From a virus (lineage: Duplodnaviria; Caudoviricetes): 64,000 nt of DNA. Under the pieces are notes generated by a model. The model searched no databases. It was given only the letters and a program-made list of their open reading frames with translations, and was not told the DNA's origin. The DNA lies in the IMG/VR virus record IMGVR_UViG_3300031993_000016; one strand, 5' to 3'. Shown here piece after piece: positions 9,740 through 16,970 of this stretch (positions are counted from its first letter, which is position 1; each line of letters begins with the position of its first letter). Position numbers and translations under genes: made by a program.

Positions 9740-9795
9740 TTGACGCACCCATCGGCTAAAGCCAATGGGATTCTTGCTTCACCGTGCGGTTGCAC
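9740..9795 (-). mobile_element. Orphan IS200/IS605-family right-end remnant
   Basis: GAAGCAAGAATCCCATTGGCTTTAGCCGATGGGTGCGTCAA: a subterminal hairpin ending in TCAA, typical of tnpB-element right ends. Confidence 0.65.
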
Positions 9796-10205
9796 TATTC
9801 AGTAATTACTTTTGTAATTGCTTCTTCATATGAAATATTGTCCCAATATATTTTACCTGATTTATTTTCTACAGTTATTTTTGTGTTTCTAACAAATGGA
9901 CAAGTAAGTAAGAAATCTATGATTGGTTTGTACCAATTGAAATCTGCTGAAGTGATTCTGAATGTAAGCTTATTGTCCCACCATAATCTCACTTTGCACC
10001 AGTTTTGATTATATGTGTATAATATAGCTTGTTTTAATTCTTCAGCAGGGTTAGCTCGATATTGTTTGCAATTCCACTTGTCTAAATTAGAACCATATTC
10101 TGAAACTATATCTACAACGCTATCAAATTCAAATGATTCAGACGGATGCGCATATACATCTATGCAGTTGCCGGATCTATCTAATAACCATGCTCTGCTG
10201 AACAT
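9795..10205 (-). CDS. Hypothetical protein
   Basis: AGGAGG RBS; class M motif at 10231-10240. Confidence 0.75.
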   Translation of the reverse strand: MFSRAWLLDRSGNCIDVYAHPSESFEFDSVVDIVSEYGSNLDKWNCKQYRANPAEELKQAILYTYNQNWCKVRLWWDNKLTFRITSADFNWYKPIIDFLLTCPFVRNTKITVENKSGKIYWDNISYEEAITKVITE

Positions 10206-10258
10206 ATTCTGTTACCTCCTTCATTATCTATAACGAATTTGATGTTGTAAAGTAGCTA

Positions 10259-10804
10259 TTAGAAAACTCCACCTTTATCAAAATAATCGTATTGACCTTC
10301 TTGAATACTTGTGCTATATATACGACATACACCTGGGTCACCAACTTGTAAGCAAGTGTTATATATGTACCAAGATTCAGCTAGCGGGTCAACATCTACT
10401 TCTTCAAAAGTTTCTTGGCTCCTTGGATCATCAACATATTTCATAAACGCATCGTTAACTGCATTTATAATCTGCATATCAGAACTGTATTGAGATGCAT
10501 CTATACCAAAAACTTCCTCTATATTCCAAGCCCACGCACCAAAATTGTTTATACTCCCGTTTCTAGGAGCTTCACCTACATAATAACCTTGATATGTAGG
10601 CCTATTACCGTTAGGAAATACTTCAACATAGAAAACATCCATATTACCTATTGATTTTCCTAAGACTTCAACTATAGCTTCGCTAGGATTATCACCACCA
10701 TACCACGTACTATATCCACTTTCATATCGTTCTCGATCGCATGTTACATAATCTTTGTTATCATCTGTATCTGTTACAGCAGATGATTTGATGTATCTTT
10801 TCAT
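10259..10804 (-). CDS. Hypothetical protein with MKRYIKSS N-terminus
   Basis: ORF with RBS and the shared N-terminal motif. Confidence 0.75.
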   Translation of the reverse strand: MKRYIKSSAVTDTDDNKDYVTCDRERYESGYSTWYGGDNPSEAIVEVLGKSIGNMDVFYVEVFPNGNRPTYQGYYVGEAPRNGSINNFGAWAWNIEEVFGIDASQYSSDMQIINAVNDAFMKYVDDPRSQETFEEVDVDPLAESWYIYNTCLQVGDPGVCRIYSTSIQEGQYDYFDKGGVF

Positions 10805-10819
10805 ACATATGTCTCCTTT

Positions 10820-11149
10820 CTATATCATATAATGACCACGTCTCTGCAAACTAGCTTTAGCTGCACGTTTTACACGACCCCAATCATGTGCTGCAAGATC
10901 TTCAAGAACTTCTACAGGTGTATTTGGATTATCAGCAACGCTGCGTCGCACATCTGGATAGTAATCATTTGCAAGTTTACTAAGGACGTCTGCAGGTGTA
11001 CCTGGATTTTGTGCAACCATTTGTCTTACAGCTACATGTTCATGACGTGCAAGTTGTGCAAGAATATCTGGAGCAGTTGTTTCATCTCTTGCCAGGTCAC
11101 GTATCTTATCTATACCTGTTAGGGTAGAAGATCTAATGTATCGTTTCAT
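10820..11149 (-). CDS. LRV/HEAT-like repeat protein with MKRYIRSS N-terminus
   Basis: About 24-aa repeats of the form VRxxVAxNPxTPxxVLxxLA. Confidence 0.8.
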   Translation of the reverse strand: MKRYIRSSTLTGIDKIRDLARDETTAPDILAQLARHEHVAVRQMVAQNPGTPADVLSKLANDYYPDVRRSVADNPNTPVEVLEDLAAHDWGRVKRAAKASLQRRGHYMI

Positions 11150-11372
11150 GCACTACCTCCTTGGACTGAGCTAATCTATCTACTATTGCATCATATGCTC
11201 TTCTTAAATCATCTTCAGACATTGTTACATAATATCTTACATAATATCCTTCATCTGGATCACTGTCGTCTTCAGAAGCACCATACTGGTCTAGAATAGA
11301 TTCTATAAGTTCATATTCATGAGATTCTTCAATCAACATATCTATCGCATCCATGTATTCTTCACGTGTCAT
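11133..11372 (-). CDS. Acidic hypothetical protein
   Basis: AGGAGG RBS. Confidence 0.7.
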   Translation of the reverse strand: MTREEYMDAIDMLIEESHEYELIESILDQYGASEDDSDPDEGYYVRYYVTMSEDDLRRAYDAIVDRLAQSKEVVHETIH

Positions 11373-11382
11373 ATTACACCTC

Positions 11383-11592
11383 CTACAAATATATTCGCTT
11401 ATCTCTACGAAGAGTACTTGTCATCTTCTCTACATCTTCGAGTACAGATGCAAGTCCCATATCAGTTAAATCATTTGCATGATTTGCAAACTCAGTTGCA
11501 TACTCTATAAGTTCTTGAAGTTCAATATCTAGATCATCTGCCATTCTAGATCTTGATCTAGCATCATTTGATGCTGTGATTATCTTTTTCAT
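11383..11592 (-). CDS. Hypothetical protein with MKKIITAS N-terminus
   Basis: AAGGAG RBS; class L motif at about 11625-11636. Confidence 0.7.
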   Translation of the reverse strand: MKKIITASNDARSRSRMADDLDIELQELIEYATEFANHANDLTDMGLASVLEDVEKMTSTLRRDKRIYL

Positions 11593-11646
11593 AAACTATC
11601 TCCTTATCTATCACCTTATATTTATTTACAAAGGTGGTGATTATTA

Positions 11647-12291
11647 TTGTACAATAACGAAAAACGCATTGAAACTAATCTACTTAAATATAAGGTTCAA
11701 AATGTAGCCCAGCTTCCAGAAATTCAAGAGAAGCGACGAAAGACATTTGAGACAAAGAGAACTACTATTCTATTCTATCAAGAGCCTCGTGTTAATGTGA
11801 TTGATGGACATGATTTAACTGTATATCGTCTCAATAAAGATGTAGCAGACTGTTGGCTCAATAAGTATCATCCATTTAAAGCTCCAAAAGGTAATGTGTT
11901 ATGTTTAGGGTTAGTTAAAGATGACATTATATATTGTATAATGACATTTAAGAAATCACGTGATTCTCAATATGTAGCAGAGTTATCTCGCCTTTGGATG
12001 CTTCCAACCTATCAAATTATAGGTGGATACGATATTCTTTCAAATGAAGCGTCTCAATTAGGCCTGTACAATATTGTTGCTTATGTCAATATGTCATTTG
12101 AGAATTATAAAGATTATGAGTCGATTGGTATGAAGTATGTTAGAGATGTGCAGAGAACGAAGTGGTGGGTTAGAGGTGATGCGAAGATATCAGATGCTTC
12201 TCGTCGTCAATCAAAATTAAAACAGGAAGATATGACCGCTTCTGGATATCTTCCTGTATATGATTGTGGTATTAGGGTTTATGTGGTGTGA
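11647..12291 (+). CDS. Stand-alone Mom-like GNAT-domain paralog lacking the nuclease domain
   Basis: One KY(K/G)V repeat, then AELSRLW...IIGG...IVAYVN...GYLPVYDCG as in the C-termini of 13419-14942 and 14954-16852. Confidence 0.65.
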   Translation: MYNNEKRIETNLLKYKVQNVAQLPEIQEKRRKTFETKRTTILFYQEPRVNVIDGHDLTVYRLNKDVADCWLNKYHPFKAPKGNVLCLGLVKDDIIYCIMTFKKSRDSQYVAELSRLWMLPTYQIIGGYDILSNEASQLGLYNIVAYVNMSFENYKDYESIGMKYVRDVQRTKWWVRGDAKISDASRRQSKLKQEDMTASGYLPVYDCGIRVYVV

Positions 12292-12312
12292 TCATTGATT
12301 CAAAGGCTGTGT

Positions 12313-12636
12313 TTACCTAACGAATCCAATCTCAAGTTCTCTGCATTTCTGCAGGAAAAGATCACGAAGTTCTTCAGTACCTTCATAATATTGAGCGATT
12401 TCAATTAATTCATCATCACCCCAATCATCAATATTGAATGTTATATTATTGACCATATGCTCAAATGTTTCATTATCTAAAGGTCCACCAATATCAAACT
12501 TATACCCCTCAAGAATGTCAGTAACTACATCTTCAAGTTCATTGACATTATAAACAGCATCCTCGCCTTTCACATACTTCTTATTTGTTCCGCATGATGC
12601 CTTTACACTCTGTGGATATACTTTAAATCTTTTCAT
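12313..12636 (-). CDS. Hypothetical protein (MKRFKVYPQSVKAS)
   Basis: GAGGA RBS. Confidence 0.7.
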   Translation of the reverse strand: MKRFKVYPQSVKASCGTNKKYVKGEDAVYNVNELEDVVTDILEGYKFDIGGPLDNETFEHMVNNITFNIDDWGDDELIEIAQYYEGTEELRDLFLQKCRELEIGFVR

Positions 12637-12720
12637 TGTTTGCGTTCCTCCTATATAATAATATGTAATATACCATGATCAACAGCTTCATTGATCTATA
12701 AATATAAGTTGAGCTAGAAT

Positions 12721-13014
12721 TTAAACTAACTCCATTATTTGCATCATTGTATGGGCCATCCTCTGATGTTTAGCTGAAACTTTTTCAGGTACTTTATCTT
12801 CAGGATATGCAGTGTTTAATGCATAAGTTATATCGTCTTCATCAATCGAACGAGCGTATTTTAAAGATGACTCTACAAGATCACATTTATAATAGCTCCA
12901 ATGATATTTGTCTCGGAGTATCATATATATTGCGCCGCGAATTTCAGCAACATTACTTGGGTCGTCTACTTTGTAGATGTTATTGTCTATTGTTGATTTG
13001 ATAAATCTTTTCAT
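12721..13014 (-). CDS. Hypothetical protein with MKRFIKST N-terminus
   Basis: AAGGAG RBS; class L motif at 13103-13114. Confidence 0.7.
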   Translation of the reverse strand: MKRFIKSTIDNNIYKVDDPSNVAEIRGAIYMILRDKYHWSYYKCDLVESSLKYARSIDEDDITYALNTAYPEDKVPEKVSAKHQRMAHTMMQIMELV

Positions 13015-13105
13015 TGTGCGTTTACTCTCCTTGTCTATTAGATTCTTCTACTTATATGATCTCTGTATCTTCTCTTTATACATCTGACGAACTTAATCAT
13101 TTATA

Positions 13106-13313
13106 TTAAAGGTTGTTATTAAGTTGATATTCCCATCTTATTACTCCGGAATCAAATACTTGAACATATCCGTGAGACTCCATGACTCCTCGCTCTGTAT
13201 AGTTAGCGTCATGTAAATCATCAAATAAGTTTGGTAAATTAGATTTTTGACATTAATCTACGTGATGATTTAGTTTCAAATTCATCACCGCATATTGCAC
13301 AGATTCGTTTCAT
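13106..13313 (-). pseudogene. Internally deleted third tandem paralog of the nuclease-GNAT genes
   Basis: N-terminal MKRICAICGDEFETKSSRR is joined out of frame to CQKSNLPNLF...HGYVQVFDSGVIRWEY, which matches the C-terminus of the 632-aa ORF. Confidence 0.8.
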
Positions 13314-13321
13314 TATAGATA

Positions 13322-13400
13322 CCTCCATGAAAGTTTATATTGAAAGGAAGTAATCTAGAATTCATGGCTTCTAGAAACACTGGCCGGTGCTGTCCTTCCT
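13322..13400 (-). promoter_or_regulatory. Structured leader element, copy A (SD-masking pseudoknot)
   Basis: ACCGGCCAGTGTT-TCTAGAA-GCCATGAA-TTCTAGA-TTAC; loop CCATGAA is complementary to TTCATGG overlapping GGAGG. Confidence 0.7.
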
Positions 13401-13418
13401 ACAATATCTGTAACGATT

Positions 13419-14942
13419 TTAGGTTAAACTACCATATACATACACCGCTTGTCCGCAATCATAAACTGGTAACCACCCGTTATCTAACATGAGCTGCTCA
13501 TTAGAAGTACCTTTACCATAATTGGCACCAAATAACTGATCATAACCACGCTGATTAAGCAGATTCTGTGTGATCTTTTTATCATCTTTTGACCATATTT
13601 TATTAGGTTCAGCAATGTATGTCAATTGCATACCAATTGCTTCATATACATCCCCACGAAACTTTGCTAAATCGCAATATGATATAACAGAATCATTCAG
13701 ATGATCTGATCGAAAATGTTTGAATAGTTTAGACGCGCCTCCTATGATTCTATACCTTGAACGCGTACATAATCTAAGTAATTCAAAATTATACTTATTA
13801 TTATATCTAGGTTTTCCAAATGTCATCAATTGCATAAGCTGATTGTCATAATATAACCCATAACAAATCTCTTGCCCTTTACAACTACCCTGAATATGAA
13901 ATTGCGCTGTAAATTTATTAGCATCAGATTTAGATACCTGTCGAATTTCACAATTTCTTGCATAAATAGATGTCTTAGGTATTAGCATATTAAGAATATC
14001 ATCCCAATTATCCCAATCAAATACATGAATACATCTGTACCCATTATCTAAAGCAAGTTTAGTCTTAGTTAAATGATAATTAGGATCTAATCCATCAGAA
14101 TCCCAATGATTACCAAAAGAATTATGCGTATATGTAGGATCAATTTCAATGAGTATGTCACCTGATTTAAGATCATAAGAACATTTATCTATGTGAAATT
14201 CAAATTCAAATTCAATGTTATTCGCTTCAAGCACGTCTCCGAAGCGTTTATTTATATTAGAAATAACAGATGAAGCATTTCGGCATTCGTCTCGCATACA
14301 ATTATAAGGTACACCATATTTATCTAAGCAAACTTGGGTAATCTTTTGCTTTACAATAGGATTTTGCGATGGATTAGAATAACCCGTTTCACGTAGCCGA
14401 TTTGATACAATCTTTGAGCGAATTTCAGGTACAGCTAACACGTTTTCGTAGCCGTATCTTTCTAAATTGGTTTGTTTGGCCTTTTCATGTATTGTATCAC
14501 ATTGAAGCGGGACTCTTACACCATAATGAGATTCAACCGAATCCTGTTGTTTAGAATGAATTTCAGATACTTGCATTGGGTTATCTACACCATACGTATC
14601 TTGAAAATGTTGTTTTATTTTTGATTGAATCAAGACAGATTTACTAGGATTATCAACACCATAGCGTTCTATACAAGTAGCTCTTATCCTTGCTTTAACT
14701 TCTTGCAACTGATTTGGATTATCTACACCATATTTCAATTGCATAGTTTTCTTACGAGATAGATTACCTAATTGTTGCCCACATTTCAATGAACAAGTTT
14801 TAGATGTGTATGGAGGTTTTCGTATAAAAGTTTCTCCACATACACAACAAACAGAAGTGTGCTCAGATTTACACACTTCTGCTCGTTTACTTTTAGCAAC
14901 AAATTGTTTACCACACAATTTACATATCTTAATATATTCCAT
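13419..14942 (-). CDS. Zn-finger/KYGV-repeat Vsr-like endonuclease with C-terminal Mom-like GNAT domain (507 aa)
   Basis: Start MEYIKICKLCGK after AGGAGG; about 7 YG(V/Y)xN repeats; EIDPTYTHN; ELLRLC, IIGGASKLF, ISYCD, VYDCG. Confidence 0.8.
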   Translation of the reverse strand: MEYIKICKLCGKQFVAKSKRAEVCKSEHTSVCCVCGETFIRKPPYTSKTCSLKCGQQLGNLSRKKTMQLKYGVDNPNQLQEVKARIRATCIERYGVDNPSKSVLIQSKIKQHFQDTYGVDNPMQVSEIHSKQQDSVESHYGVRVPLQCDTIHEKAKQTNLERYGYENVLAVPEIRSKIVSNRLRETGYSNPSQNPIVKQKITQVCLDKYGVPYNCMRDECRNASSVISNINKRFGDVLEANNIEFEFEFHIDKCSYDLKSGDILIEIDPTYTHNSFGNHWDSDGLDPNYHLTKTKLALDNGYRCIHVFDWDNWDDILNMLIPKTSIYARNCEIRQVSKSDANKFTAQFHIQGSCKGQEICYGLYYDNQLMQLMTFGKPRYNNKYNFELLRLCTRSRYRIIGGASKLFKHFRSDHLNDSVISYCDLAKFRGDVYEAIGMQLTYIAEPNKIWSKDDKKITQNLLNQRGYDQLFGANYGKGTSNEQLMLDNGWLPVYDCGQAVYVYGSLT

Positions 14943-14949
14943 ATTGATA

Positions 14950-15014
14950 CCTCCTACATAGGTATAATAAGAGAGTAATCTAGATGATGTAGGCATCTAG
15001 AAACACTGGCCGGT
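14950..15014 (-). promoter_or_regulatory. Structured leader element, copy B (SD-masking pseudoknot)
   Basis: ACCGGCCAGTGTT-TCTAGAT-GCCTACATC-ATCTAGA-TTAC; loop CCTACAT is complementary to ATGTAGG overlapping GGAGG. Confidence 0.7.
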
Positions 15015-16852
15015 TGATTAGAGGAAGGCGTGTATTCCCATCGGATAACTCCTGAGTCAAATACACGACCATATCCATGAGCTGTCATTATTTCAACTTC
15101 AGTATTGTGTTCGACATCAATAGTATCATCGCGAAGCAGCTTCTTAAGATTAGATTTCTGACATGTTACTCGATTATAATAGCATTCAGAATTCGGATCA
15201 ACCCATACGTATCCCGGATCTGATCGATGTATTTCAACAAAGCCTAAAATCTTGTAAAGATTTCCAGAAGTAGTGGCAATATCGGAAAAAGAAACGATTT
15301 TATCAGGATACCAATGTCTACAGAAGTAGCTGAATAGTTTGCTTGCACCTCCTACAACATTGTAATTTAACTTAGAACAAAATCTAGACAACTCCCAGCT
15401 ATCTTCATTGTTGATCCGACCACTTAAATTTCGCATTTTACCAAATGTCATGAGAGAAACTAATTCATCGTTATCATAAAGACCTAACCGTATGGAACAC
15501 GTAGTAGGACCTTGTCTATGATTGATGCGAAGAAACTCTCGAGCATCTGACCAACTAACTTCTCTTAGGTGCAAGTTCCGTGCAAATAGTTTACGAGTTG
15601 TGTTACCTAATGCATTTCGTAACATGGAAACCATGATATCTTTATGATTAACCCAATCGTATCCAAATACATGTATAAGTCGAATACCTGCTTGCTGTGC
15701 CAAATCTGACTTATCCTTATGATAAGATTTAGGTACAATATTACCTTCATGCATGAATGCAATATCGGAATTGTGCGTCCATGTAGGATTACACTCAATT
15801 CCAAGCTTATAATCCGGCAAGTAAATATCAATTTCATAAGGGCTTATGATAGATCTAGAATGCGGTATAATAACTGCATCAGGTACGGTTGTATGTATGA
15901 TGTTGGTGATATCTTGCTCCATATTAGATATGTTACATTGTACCAAATCATGTAAACAGTATTTTACTATGTAATATGATATAGTTGTGTCACAGACTCC
16001 AGTAGATTCGGATAGTTCCTTATAAGTTGGTTTATGATCAAATTGAGTTAGTATGTAATTTTTAGGATCTGATTTAAATTGTTCGTAGTAGTTATATCTA
16101 TCGGGATTTACTACAGTTGTTTTCAGATACTCCGGTGAAAATATATAAGCAGGGCCTCCATATTTTTTAAAGTTAGTTTCAGTGCGTTGTTTGATGATTT
16201 CATCAGCTTGTGCTGCATATTCTACACCATAACGCTTTAAGCATGTAGCTTTCACTTTAGCTTGAATATCTTCATTGGATAGCGCATTCTCATGACCATA
16301 ACGTTCTAAATTAGTGGATTGTATATGTTGTCGTAACTCCTCAGATTGCATAGGTGATGCAACTCCATATTTATCTAGCATACCTTGCACCATTCGAGCC
16401 CGTATTTCCGGATCTTTAGAATAATGATCTACACCATAAAGTTCTAAACTATGTTGTTTTATTCTTTCTTGAATCTCAGCACTTTGAGATAAATTATCTA
16501 CACCATATCGAGATTTTACAGTCTGATGAACCTTTTCTTTAATATCACTGCGCTGTAGTGGATTAGCTGCTCCATATCGTTCTAAATTAGTAGCTTCTCG
16601 TTTCTGTTGAGCTTGTAATTTAGCTTCAGCAGATCTATTTTGATGTCCCTCGGAAATAACAATCTTTCGGCATTCTGAACATGTTCGAGGCCCATATTTC
16701 ATATAATTTACATAAGATTCTTTTACTAACAACGGTTGGCCGCATCGAGCGCATGGTCTATAATGATCATCTCCACAAGACTGTGCTTTTGCAGAATGCG
16801 CCATAAAAACTTTACCACACCATACACATTTTCTTTCACCATAGTTTCGCAT
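14954..16852 (-). CDS. Zn-finger/KYGV-repeat Vsr-like endonuclease with C-terminal Mom-like GNAT domain
   Basis: CxxC pairs; about 7 (R/K)YG repeats; YEIDIYLPDYKLGIECNPTWTHN; WELSRFC, VVGGASKLF, VSFSD, VFDSG. Confidence 0.8.
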   Translation of the reverse strand: MRNYGERKCVWCGKVFMAHSAKAQSCGDDHYRPCARCGQPLLVKESYVNYMKYGPRTCSECRKIVISEGHQNRSAEAKLQAQQKREATNLERYGAANPLQRSDIKEKVHQTVKSRYGVDNLSQSAEIQERIKQHSLELYGVDHYSKDPEIRARMVQGMLDKYGVASPMQSEELRQHIQSTNLERYGHENALSNEDIQAKVKATCLKRYGVEYAAQADEIIKQRTETNFKKYGGPAYIFSPEYLKTTVVNPDRYNYYEQFKSDPKNYILTQFDHKPTYKELSESTGVCDTTISYYIVKYCLHDLVQCNISNMEQDITNIIHTTVPDAVIIPHSRSIISPYEIDIYLPDYKLGIECNPTWTHNSDIAFMHEGNIVPKSYHKDKSDLAQQAGIRLIHVFGYDWVNHKDIMVSMLRNALGNTTRKLFARNLHLREVSWSDAREFLRINHRQGPTTCSIRLGLYDNDELVSLMTFGKMRNLSGRINNEDSWELSRFCSKLNYNVVGGASKLFSYFCRHWYPDKIVSFSDIATTSGNLYKILGFVEIHRSDPGYVWVDPNSECYYNRVTCQKSNLKKLLRDDTIDVEHNTEVEIMTAHGYGRVFDSGVIRWEYTPSSNQPASVSRCLHHLDYSLIIPM

Positions 16853-16911
16853 AGATAACCTCCTTTAATAAATAAAAGGTTTGTTGATTTGATTACTATA
16901 ACGAATTTAAC

Positions 16912-16944
16912 AAAAAACAAGACCCAGATTGCTCTGAGTCTTGT
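16912..16944 (-). terminator. Intrinsic terminator after the sheath gene
   Basis: CAAGACTCAGA/TCTGGGTCTTG hairpin plus T-run. Confidence 0.75.
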
Positions 16945-16970
16945 GTTGAAACAAATTGTATCAAGTATGA

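Noticed and set aside
13322-15014. Leader element as a preQ1 or fluoride riboswitch, hammerhead ribozyme, or target-site duplication
   Set aside because: The consensus cores of those RNAs are absent, and covariation with each gene's own SD argues against a simple duplication.
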